DNA of 32,000 nucleotides from Candidatus Methylomirabilis oxygeniifera (lineage in GTDB: Bacteria; Methylomirabilota; Methylomirabilia; Methylomirabilales; Methylomirabilaceae), in assembly GCA_000091165.1 (NCBI GenBank), contig FP565575.1, positions 1,590,001 through 1,622,000 of the forward strand, written 5' to 3'. Under the pieces are notes generated by a model, which was not told the DNA's origin, made no database searches, and saw nothing but the letters and a program-made list of their open reading frames with translations. The position numbers and the translations under genes were made by a program. Below, one piece after another: positions 24,222-31,508 of this stretch (within the stretch, counting starts at the first letter, position 1; every line of letters begins with the position of its first letter).

Positions 24222-24290
24222 GCAACGCGATGCCTACAGAGCTCGGCCCCTGTCAGCCTTCAGAATAATCGCTCTTATTTTGTTCCAGCT

Positions 24291-24306
24291 TGTGATTGTT
24301 ATCACA
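24291..24306. promoter_or_regulatory. Perfect 16-bp palindrome TGTGATTGTTATCACA
   Basis: It fits both the CRP-type TGTGA-N6-TCACA and the NifA-type UAS TGT-N10-ACA. Its centre is about 39 bp upstream of the -24 GG of P2. Confidence 0.45.
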
Positions 24307-24335
24307 TTTTCTGGATGGTTGGTGTGCTAACCCCA

Positions 24336-24351
24336 CGGCACCAATAGTGCA
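24336..24351 (+). promoter_or_regulatory. Candidate sigma-54 (-24/-12) promoter P2
   Basis: cGGCACcaataGTGCA. GG at 24337-24338 and GC at 24349-24350 give exact GG-N10-GC spacing. The next plus-strand gene starts at 24601. Confidence 0.45.
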
Positions 24352-24600
24352 TAGACAACACCATGCTTTTGTAACTGCAATGTGTGGGTTTATTCGCTTC
24401 TTCCCGATTCTCCCCTGGTCCGACACAACGCTCAATCCTTCAACATCCCACTGACATTACCCACCTCTCCCTTGTCAGCTGCCTCGGAAGTGTGGATAAT
24501 CATCACGCCAGCCTACTGGATTCCGGCAATGAGCGTTGGGTAAGAAGATCGTCGTCCGACAGGGACCAAAAGGGTCCGATTCGGCAGAAGGAGGAGTCGT

Positions 24601-25035
24601 ATGCATGTCACACTTGAACAGGCAGAGAAGGCAATTGCGGCAGCCATCGACAAGGCCAAAGAGCTTGGGACGTGTATGGATATTGCCGTCGTGGACTCAG
24701 GCGCCAACTTGAAGGCGTTCGTCCGGATGGACGATGCGTGGGTCGGGAGCATCGACATCGCCTTCAAAAAGGCGAAAACCGCGTGCTTCTTTGCGATGCC
24801 GACAGGACAGATCGGCAAGCTGTCCCAGCCCGGCGGCCCGCTCTACGGGATTGAGCACAGTAACGATGGGCTCATCACCTTTCCCGGCGGGCTGCCGATT
24901 GTCAACACGGATGGAGTCCTGATCGGGGCGATCGGGGTCAGCGGCAGCACGGTGGAGCACGATCATCTCGTGGCCCAGGCCGGCGTCAAGGTAATTGGTC
25001 TTGCCGATCTCCCGGTACACCCATGGCGGACATAG
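24601..25035 (+). CDS. GlcG/HbpS-like protein (DUF336, heme-binding family)
   Basis: 144 aa: [58 protein letters not shown]...[10 protein letters not shown]. Strong SD AAGGAGGAG. No signal peptide. Confidence 0.85.
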   Translation: MHVTLEQAEKAIAAAIDKAKELGTCMDIAVVDSGANLKAFVRMDDAWVGSIDIAFKKAKTACFFAMPTGQIGKLSQPGGPLYGIEHSNDGLITFPGGLPIVNTDGVLIGAIGVSGSTVEHDHLVAQAGVKVIGLADLPVHPWRT

Positions 25036-25128
25036 GATTCCTCTCCCCGCCTGGAGAGAAGATCGCGGTGATGGGGAGCCAACGTACCGATCTGCAATCT
25101 CATTGACGCGCCGTCGGTGCATGAGGCA

Positions 25129-25557
25129 TCACCTGATTGCGAGTTTCCCTTTATGGTCGAGCGGACTGATCCACGGGAACCTGGTGCAGCCGAACGCGAA
25201 GACTCCGGAACGCTCTGCCAGAAACTCAATGGTAATTTCCTGCCCCGGCTCGAGATAGCGCCTGACCTCCAGGTCGGGGATTGAAAACACATGCCTGGCG
25301 CCATCGCTGCGAATCGCGACCTTGACCAACGCCGACCTCCCTTCTCGATCCACCGCGACGACAGAGGGCTCACAGCGATAGTTCCGGGCGATCATCGTAA
25401 AAGACAGTCGTTTCGCCTCTACAGGGATACCGGCGGGAGGGGAGATTTCAGGGAAGACGGTCGCGCACCCTGTCATGACCACGACCGGGATCGCCAGTGG
25501 CCAGATTCGGAATCGGCGTATGAGCGTGCTGATTGAAAACCTTCCTATGCTTCGCAT
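25129..25557 (-). CDS. Cupredoxin-like lipoprotein
   Basis: Lipobox VVVMTGC. Cupredoxin-like layout ..ARHVFSIPDLEV..LEPGQEITIEFLAERSGVFAFGC...LDHKGKLAI. His, Cys and His ligand positions are plausible, but no obvious Met ligand. I chose the ATG at 25557; the ORF track starts at 25578. Confidence 0.6.
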   Translation of the reverse strand: MRSIGRFSISTLIRRFRIWPLAIPVVVMTGCATVFPEISPPAGIPVEAKRLSFTMIARNYRCEPSVVAVDREGRSALVKVAIRSDGARHVFSIPDLEVRRYLEPGQEITIEFLAERSGVFAFGCTRFPWISPLDHKGKLAIR

Positions 25558-25617
25558 CGTGCTATCGCACAATACCATAGGGTTGCAAAGGTTTTCAAGT
25601 GCGGCGACGAACGAGAC

Positions 25618-25646
25618 TTCACAAAACTGCAGAAAGCTCCTATGAT
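25618..25646 (+). promoter_or_regulatory. Candidate sigma-70 promoter for the response regulator / kinase operon
   Basis: TTCACA (25618-25623), 17 nt, then TATGAT (25641-25646), 40 nt upstream of the ATG at 25686. Confidence 0.4.
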
Positions 25647-25685
25647 AACCTAGGGCTGTTGAAGCCGCCCCCTCTCAAAGCGACC

Positions 25686-27068
25686 ATGACACAAACAAGA
25701 ATATTAATTGCAGACGACGAACCTGCGTCCAGAGCCGGCCTCCAAGAGCTCCTCGCAAGCTGGGGATACGAGGTCACCGCTGCTGCTGACGGTCAGGAGG
25801 CCCTGGAGAAGGCCTCTGAACTCCAACCGTCTCTCATTATCGCCGATCTCATCATGCCGAAAATGGACGGCATCGCTCTCCTTCGCGCCCTCAAGAGCGA
25901 TGCGATCCTTCCATCGCTGATCATTCTGACCGGCCAGGGGACCATCGAGACTGCGGTCCGGGCTATGCAAGAGGGAGCCTACGACTACCTGACCAAACCG
26001 GTCGATATCGGGCGGCTCCGCGTCCTTGTGGAGAAGGCCCTCGAACGTGGAGCGGTATTGAAGGAGGTCAAGCTACTGCGTCACCAGGTTCGTCATCTCG
26101 GCCGGTTTGGACAGTTGGTCGGCGAGACGTCCGCCATGAAGGAGGTCTACCGACTGCTTGAATTGGCGGCGCCCAGCGCTGCGCCCGTCTTCATCTGGGG
26201 AGAGAGCGGAACAGGAAAGGAGCTGGCGGCCAGAACGATTCACGATCTCTCTCCACGGAAACAGAGCCCTTTCGTCCCGATCAACTGTGCCGCTATCCCG
26301 GAGACGCTGTTGGAAAGTGAGATTTTTGGCCACGAGAAGGGAGCCTTTACCGGCGCTACCGAGCGAAGAATGGGATATTTTGAGCTGGCCGACAGCGGAA
26401 CTATTTTTCTTGATGAAATTGCGGAGATGAAGGTCTCCACCCAGGCGAAGTTTCTCAGGATCCTCCAGGAGGGAACCTTCCGCCGCCTGAGCGGAAGCAA
26501 AGAGATCCGCGTTGATGTCCGGGTGGTCGCCGCGACAAATAAAAACCCGGCGCAAGCAGTTCAGGATGGTCTCATCCGTGAGGATCTCTATTATCGGCTG
26601 AACGTGTTCAACATTCAACTACCTCCTCTTCGGGAACGGCGCGAGGATCTTCCTCTCCTCATTCGATCGTTCCTTGAGGAGTTCAAGAGGAAATACGATA
26701 CGGCAGTACGCAGCGTAGGCGCAGGGTCGCTCACCCTGCTGACCGAATACGATTGGCCCGGAAATGTTCGGGAGCTTCGAAATGTGCTGGAGCGGGCCGT
26801 CCTCGTGGCCCAGAGCAACACAATCACCCCAGATGATCTGCCGCCGAACTTTCCGAGTCACCGTCGTCGGTCAATCCGGGAGCCTGATCTTTCCGTCGGA
26901 ATCACAATCGATGCGGCAGAACAAGCCCTGATTCTCGCAACACTGGAACGAACACACCAGAACAAGACTAAGGCTGCGGAGATTCTTGGGATCAGTCTAA
27001 AGACGCTGCATAATAAGTTGACCCGCTATCGCGAAGAGGCCTCCTCGCCGGCGGATCCGCGGGAATAG
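25686..27068 (+). CDS. Sigma-54-dependent response regulator (NtrC family)
   Basis: RILIADDEP..LIIADLIMPKMDG (receiver), GESGTGKE, GAFTGA, SGTIFLDEI and the HTH KTKAAEILGISLKTLHNKL. ATG at 25686 (MTQTRIL..). Confidence 0.92.
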   Translation: MTQTRILIADDEPASRAGLQELLASWGYEVTAAADGQEALEKASELQPSLIIADLIMPKMDGIALLRALKSDAILPSLIILTGQGTIETAVRAMQEGAYDYLTKPVDIGRLRVLVEKALERGAVLKEVKLLRHQVRHLGRFGQLVGETSAMKEVYRLLELAAPSAAPVFIWGESGTGKELAARTIHDLSPRKQSPFVPINCAAIPETLLESEIFGHEKGAFTGATERRMGYFELADSGTIFLDEIAEMKVSTQAKFLRILQEGTFRRLSGSKEIRVDVRVVAATNKNPAQAVQDGLIREDLYYRLNVFNIQLPPLRERREDLPLLIRSFLEEFKRKYDTAVRSVGAGSLTLLTEYDWPGNVRELRNVLERAVLVAQSNTITPDDLPPNFPSHRRRSIREPDLSVGITIDAAEQALILATLERTHQNKTKAAEILGISLKTLHNKLTRYREEASSPADPRE

Positions 27069-27074
27069 GTTCAC

Positions 27075-28880
27075 ATGTCGTTCGGCCTCCGAGGCAAAGC
27101 GGTCCTCGGCATCAGTCTTCTGGTCTTCCTGATCGTCTCACTTACGGTGGTCGTTCACCTCTCCACCACCACCCGCTTGGTTGTTCAGCATGCGGCGGAA
27201 AAGGGCGCCATACAGGCACAGCACATCTTCTCCGGAAGCACCCGGGTCATGGCTCGCGCGCAGAGGAGCCGTTTAGGGGATGCGTTGCGCAACGATCGAG
27301 AACTCCGCGCGCTTCTCGACGCCAGCATCGGCTATTCCCCGCACTTGGTCTATGCCATGATTACCGACCGCTCGGATACGGTCCTCATGCACAGTCAGCG
27401 TTCCCGTGAAGGAAACAAGGTCCCACCCAGACCGAAGATTGAACAGTTGATGGCGATCAACCCTCTTCGTCAGCTCGCGGTACTGGCCGGCCAGCACCAG
27501 GTACTTGAGACCGTCCTGCCGCTCAGCCTCAACGATCGGCCTTTCGGGGCAATTCGGCTTGGATTGGCCGGCGGTCTCCTCTGGCGCGAACTCTTGCCCG
27601 CGGTTCGGCAAAGTGTGCTGCTGGCACTACTCGCTTTCCCGCTCGCCTGGATCGTCGCCCTTGTCCTGTCGAACCTGGTGGTCGCGTCGTTGCGTCAGAT
27701 TGCCCAAGGCGTTGATCGGATGGCACGCGGCGAGTTTGACACAGTCTTTACGTCCGACCGCGACGACGAGGTAGGACAGATTGCGGCAAAGCTCAATCTC
27801 CTGGGGCGGCAGGTCCAGGAAGACCGATCCTCCCTGATCAGCGAAAAGGTCAGATTGGAAGGGATCGTTCACCGTCTGGAAGACGCCATCATCCTGCTGA
27901 ATAGCGAACAGGCTATCATCTTCGCCAACCCCGCCGCCGAGATCCTGCTGGTCCGTCCACTCGTGCATGCTGTCGGTCAATCGCTGGCACATATCCTGGG
28001 GGAGACTCACCCATTAGTCGCGGCAACGGTCGAGAGTTTCCAGCGGCAAGCGCCCGTGCGAAACCTGACGCTTCAAATGAGGGAACACCGCGACGTCCCT
28101 TTAGATGTCCTAGCCTCCATCTACCCGGTGCTCGATAAGGATGGTATCGTCGGGGGAATGATCCTTCTCAAAAATACCGAACCACTCCGCCAGATCCAGT
28201 CACTCGTAGACTATTCCAGAAAGCTGGCCGACCTTGGGAGGCTCACCTCTGGGGTGGCCCATGAAATCAAGAATCCGTTGAACGCCATGATCATTCACTT
28301 AGAGCTGTTGAAACAGAAATTGAACGATCCTTCGGAGACGGTGGCGAAGAGTCTGGAATTTCTCGGGGGAGAGGTTCATCGCCTTGATCGTATGGTGCAA
28401 GGCTTTCTCCGATTTGTCCGTCCTCAAACGCTTGCGCTTCGACCCATGAGCCTCAATACCCTCCTCCAGGAAGTCGTCCGGTTGGCTGAGGCGCAAGGAG
28501 CGCATGCCGGGGTGACGTTTGTACTTCGCCTCGACGGCACGATCCCTCCGATCAATGGCGATCATGAGCTGCTTCGACAGGCCTTCCTCAACCTGGTCCT
28601 GAATGCGTGCCAGGCAATGCCGGATGGAGGAGCGGTCACCCTTGCCACGGATCGGAGCGCTGAGGGTGCCATCCGCGCCCACGTCATCGATCACGGCATA
28701 GGGATTCCCGCGGAAGACCTCGACAAGATATTCCGTCTTTACTACACTACCAAGCCGGACGGGAACGGGATCGGGCTGTCGTTGGTGTACCGAATCGTTC
28801 AGATGCACGGCGGCAGCGTCGAGGTCGACTCGAAGGTAGGACAGGGAACAACAATGGCGGTCACTTTTCCTGTAGCCTGA
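27075..28880 (+). CDS. Sensor histidine kinase (2 TM + periplasmic domain, HAMP, PAS, HisKA, HATPase_c)
   Basis: TM helices near aa 10-30 and 180-205, HAMP (LRQIAQGVDRMARGEFD), PAS-like (IVHRLEDAIILLNSEQAIIFANPAAE), H-box LTSGVAHEIKNPLN, N-box NLVLNACQAM and G-boxes DHGIGIP and GIGLSLV. Confidence 0.92.
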   Translation: MSFGLRGKAVLGISLLVFLIVSLTVVVHLSTTTRLVVQHAAEKGAIQAQHIFSGSTRVMARAQRSRLGDALRNDRELRALLDASIGYSPHLVYAMITDRSDTVLMHSQRSREGNKVPPRPKIEQLMAINPLRQLAVLAGQHQVLETVLPLSLNDRPFGAIRLGLAGGLLWRELLPAVRQSVLLALLAFPLAWIVALVLSNLVVASLRQIAQGVDRMARGEFDTVFTSDRDDEVGQIAAKLNLLGRQVQEDRSSLISEKVRLEGIVHRLEDAIILLNSEQAIIFANPAAEILLVRPLVHAVGQSLAHILGETHPLVAATVESFQRQAPVRNLTLQMREHRDVPLDVLASIYPVLDKDGIVGGMILLKNTEPLRQIQSLVDYSRKLADLGRLTSGVAHEIKNPLNAMIIHLELLKQKLNDPSETVAKSLEFLGGEVHRLDRMVQGFLRFVRPQTLALRPMSLNTLLQEVVRLAEAQGAHAGVTFVLRLDGTIPPINGDHELLRQAFLNLVLNACQAMPDGGAVTLATDRSAEGAIRAHVIDHGIGIPAEDLDKIFRLYYTTKPDGNGIGLSLVYRIVQMHGGSVEVDSKVGQGTTMAVTFPVA

Positions 28881-28886
28881 TCCATA

Positions 28887-29333
28887 GTGAAAGAGATCTT
28901 AGCGGCAACGTTCCGAATAATCGTCACGTTTCTATGCCTCATGCTGACGGCGGGTTGCACTCAGCTTAAGGCGGTATTCACACCAACCCGTTCGCCCTCA
29001 GGCGCCGGGCGCCCGGCGCGTCAGACACTACCACCAGGGTCTGCGCATCCGGCGCGTCAGGAGCCATCGCCGCGGCTGGCTCCCCAGGTAAGCTCTGATC
29101 GGGAAAAGCAACTGACGGAGGAGATCAATACAACGATCCAGGAGGTCGAACGGGCCCTTCTGTCGGTCGATCAGCGGAAACTGAAGGCCGACCAGACGGA
29201 GACGTACCAGACTGTTCAGAGCTTTCTTGCCCAGGCCAGGAAGGCACTCACCGACAAGGACCTCCAGAGGGCAATGAACTTAGCTCAGAAGGCACACATC
29301 CTTTCCGACGAACTCGCCAATATGGTCCATTAA
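28887..29333 (+). CDS. Lipoprotein with a predicted helical C-terminal domain, unknown function
   Basis: Lipobox LTAGC, a Pro/Ser/Arg-rich linker, then about 75 aa of helix-prone sequence (EINTTIQEVERALLSVDQRKL..LAQARKALTDKDLQRAMNLAQKAH). GTG start 6 nt after the kinase stop, with no clear SD. Confidence 0.6.
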   Translation: MKEILAATFRIIVTFLCLMLTAGCTQLKAVFTPTRSPSGAGRPARQTLPPGSAHPARQEPSPRLAPQVSSDREKQLTEEINTTIQEVERALLSVDQRKLKADQTETYQTVQSFLAQARKALTDKDLQRAMNLAQKAHILSDELANMVH

Positions 29334-29509
29334 TCGGCACAACGTCCCTTCTCCCACCGGACTTGGCCCTGCGCCTTATTTCAGGCGCAATAATGCGGGC
29401 AGGGCAGCCGCTTTCGCGTGTCTCCGCCTCATTAACCCAGGAAGAAATTACTCGCCACCCCCCATACTTTCGACTCTTCCTAAGAAACGATTAAGGTTAT
29501 CAGACATTG

Positions 29510-29533
29510 ATGCGGTAATGTAACTTACCGCAT
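29510..29533. promoter_or_regulatory. 24-bp palindrome ATGCGGTAA-tgtaac-TTACCGCAT, a candidate enhancer (UAS) for P3
   Basis: Perfect 9-bp arms. The centre lies 54 bp upstream of the -24 GG of P3. Coordinates were verified against ORF-track codons. Confidence 0.45.
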
Positions 29534-29573
29534 TTACAATGGTTGCACGTTTTTTGAATCACGGTCGGATTCC

Positions 29574-29589
29574 TGGCATACCGCTTGCT
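29574..29589 (+). promoter_or_regulatory. Candidate sigma-54 (-24/-12) promoter P3
   Basis: TGGCATaccgcTTGCT. GG at 29575-29576 and GC at 29587-29588. The predicted start is near 29600, followed by the SD AAAGGAGA and the GTG at 29622. Confidence 0.6.
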
Positions 29590-29621
29590 CCCTTTCCATT
29601 CTGAAGAAAGGAGATGGGGCG

Positions 29622-30062
29622 GTGAGCGCACGACAATTGCATTGTACAGGACAGAAGGTGCTCGTCGTAGATGACGATTCATCCTTCAGGGAACTCCTGA
29701 CCGAGCTTCTAGAAACGGCAGGCTACCACGTGTGGACTGCTCAAGACGGCCTGGCCGGCCTTCATGCCCTACACAACGGTCCATTCGATCTCATCCTGGT
29801 GGACTACCGAATGCCTGGAATGACCGGCCTCGACATGGCCGCACACATACGGAGGTCCGATACCGTGACTCCGATCATCCTTATCACGGGCGACTATTAC
29901 ATGCTTGACCCTGAGATCGTGACGCGGGCCGGGGTGACAAAGGTACTGCCGAAACCTCTTAAGATTAATGAGTTCTTAAACGTCTGTTCAATCGGAAAGC
30001 AACAATACAAATATGAACCATGCCTCGACAATCCGAGCAGAGGAGGGAGCTGGGATGCGTAG
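29622..30062 (+). CDS. Single-domain CheY-like response regulator (receiver only, short C-terminal tail)
   Basis: VLVVDDD, LILVDYRMPGMTG (phospho-acceptor Asp), IILITGD and KVLPKPL. No output domain. Confidence 0.85.
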   Translation: MSARQLHCTGQKVLVVDDDSSFRELLTELLETAGYHVWTAQDGLAGLHALHNGPFDLILVDYRMPGMTGLDMAAHIRRSDTVTPIILITGDYYMLDPEIVTRAGVTKVLPKPLKINEFLNVCSIGKQQYKYEPCLDNPSRGGSWDA

Positions 30063-30294
30063 GACATTGTCCAAAGGGATTGCATTAGGGGCGCTGGTAC
30101 TCGCGCTCACCACAGGGTGCGCCGGGATGTCGACACGCCAGCAACGTGCCTTGAGCGGCGGTGCCATCGGCGCGGCCGGCGGCGCAGCGATTGGGGCAAT
30201 GGCCGGCAGCCCGACAACGGGCGCCATCGTGGGTGGCGCGGTAGGAACGGCGACAGGCGCCCTGTGGGACGATATCAAGAAATCGCTGAAGTAA
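30055..30294 (+). CDS. OsmB-like glycine-zipper lipoprotein (79 aa)
   Basis: Lipobox LTTGC, then GGAIGAAGGAAIGAMAGSPTTGAIVGGAVGTATGAL. The ATG at 30055 has AGGAGGGA upstream and overlaps the receiver gene stop by 8 nt. Confidence 0.8.
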   Translation: MRRTLSKGIALGALVLALTTGCAGMSTRQQRALSGGAIGAAGGAAIGAMAGSPTTGAIVGGAVGTATGALWDDIKKSLK

Positions 30295-30335
30295 GCATTA
30301 CGGACTGACCCCGCACCCCCGGTCGGTCAGTCGTG

Positions 30336-30390
30336 ACGGCCTCTCTGATCGGACTTCCCGTCCCGCATCAGAGAGGCCGTCTTCTTTCCT
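30336..30390 (+). terminator. Rho-independent terminator
   Basis: 14-bp perfect stem ACGGCCTCTCTGAT (30336-30349) pairing with ATCAGAGAGGCCGT (30367-30380), followed by CTTCTTTCCT. Confidence 0.7.
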
Positions 30391-30441
30391 CAATCCCCTC
30401 TATCAATCCGGCCTATCTCGTCTTTCCGATCTGTTTCGTCG

Positions 30442-30457
30442 TTTGGTCCGGACCAAA
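30442..30457. promoter_or_regulatory. Perfect 16-bp palindrome TTTGGTCCGGACCAAA upstream of the ABC transporter genes
   Basis: Followed by a partial third half-site TGGACCAA (30458-30465). A possible promoter lies downstream: TTGACT (30528-30533), N18, TAGTCT (30552-30557). Confidence 0.35.
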
Positions 30458-30618
30458 TGGACCAACTGGATGATTTTCCGTGCAAAGCGTGCCGATAAGC
30501 TGAGTGAAGATCATAGGCTTTTCCGATTTGACTTATCGGATATAAGCTGCGTAGTCTTACAAAAGGTTCGTCTCGCATTGAAGACGGGATCGCATATTCA
30601 GCCATCAGGAGGGTTGCC

Positions 30619-31494
30619 ATGGGTCGGCGGTGGACCCTTGCCGGGTTATCAGGTGTGATAGCGCTTGTAGCGTGCCTCGGACTGCTTGGCCCTGCCTGGT
30701 CCGAGACGCCAAAGGTGTTGCGGGTGTCGGCCATCCCGGACGAGAATCCTACCGAGTTGATGCGGATCTACACCCCTTTCGCCGAGTATCTGAGCAAAGA
30801 GCTGGGCATCCCGGTCAAATATATCCCCGTGGTGGACTACGCCGCAACCGTCGAGGCCCTGGCGGCGAAGAAACTGGACATGGTGTGGTACGGCGGGTTC
30901 ACCTTTGTCCAGGCTCGAAAGCGGACAGGCAATGCGATCCCGGTGGTAAGTCGAGAGGAGGATCTGCGTTTTCACAGTAAATTTATTACCAGGCCGGACA
31001 CCGGCATCAAGACCCTGGCCGACCTGAAGGGCAAGAGCTTTTCATTCGGAAGTGTCAGTTCGACATCAGGCCATCTCATGCCGCGCTATTTCCTGCTGCA
31101 GAATGGGATTGACCCGGAAAAAGATTTTGCCACATTCAGCTTCAGCGGGGCTCACGATGCGACAGCGCTATGGGTAGAGAGCGGGAAGGTTGACGCCGGA
31201 GCTTTAAACGAAGCGGTGTGGGACAAGCTGGTTCAGGCCAAGAAGGTCGATCTCAACAAGGTGCAGGTCTTCTGGACGACGCCCCCCTATATCGACTATG
31301 TCTGGACGGTGCGAGGCGATCTGGACAGCAGTCTCGTCGAAAAGATTGCCGCAGCCTTCACCAGGCTGAACTACAGCATTCCAGCGGACAAAGCATTGAT
31401 GGACCTTCAGCGAACGAAGCGATACGTCCGCGTCAAGGCCGAGCAGTTCAAGCCCGCTGAAGAGGCGGCCATTGCTGCCGGGCTGCTTCAATAG
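30619..31494 (+). CDS. phnD: PhnD-family periplasmic substrate-binding protein of an ABC transporter (phosphonate/phosphite-type; substrate not determinable)
   Basis: Signal peptide, then LRVSAIPDENPTELMRIYTPFAEYLSKELGIPV..DMVWYGGFTFVQA..GSVSSTSGHLMPRY. SD CAGGAGGG upstream. Confidence 0.75.
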   Translation: MGRRWTLAGLSGVIALVACLGLLGPAWSETPKVLRVSAIPDENPTELMRIYTPFAEYLSKELGIPVKYIPVVDYAATVEALAAKKLDMVWYGGFTFVQARKRTGNAIPVVSREEDLRFHSKFITRPDTGIKTLADLKGKSFSFGSVSSTSGHLMPRYFLLQNGIDPEKDFATFSFSGAHDATALWVESGKVDAGALNEAVWDKLVQAKKVDLNKVQVFWTTPPYIDYVWTVRGDLDSSLVEKIAAAFTRLNYSIPADKALMDLQRTKRYVRVKAEQFKPAEEAAIAAGLLQ

Positions 31495-31508
31495 CGCCCT
31501 CCGAACCG

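Noticed and set aside
24127-24330. 67-aa ORF with a hydrophobic C-terminal tail (IIALILFQLVIVITFSGWLVC), a possible small membrane protein.
   Set aside because: It has a TTG start with no SD. The reading frame runs through two strong hairpins, a repeat unit and the 16-bp palindrome. It is more economically explained as regulatory DNA.
30390-30734. 114-aa minus-strand ORF overlapping the start of the substrate-binding protein gene.
   Set aside because: It overlaps a well-supported gene and its upstream regulatory region, has no SD and shows no recognisable motif.
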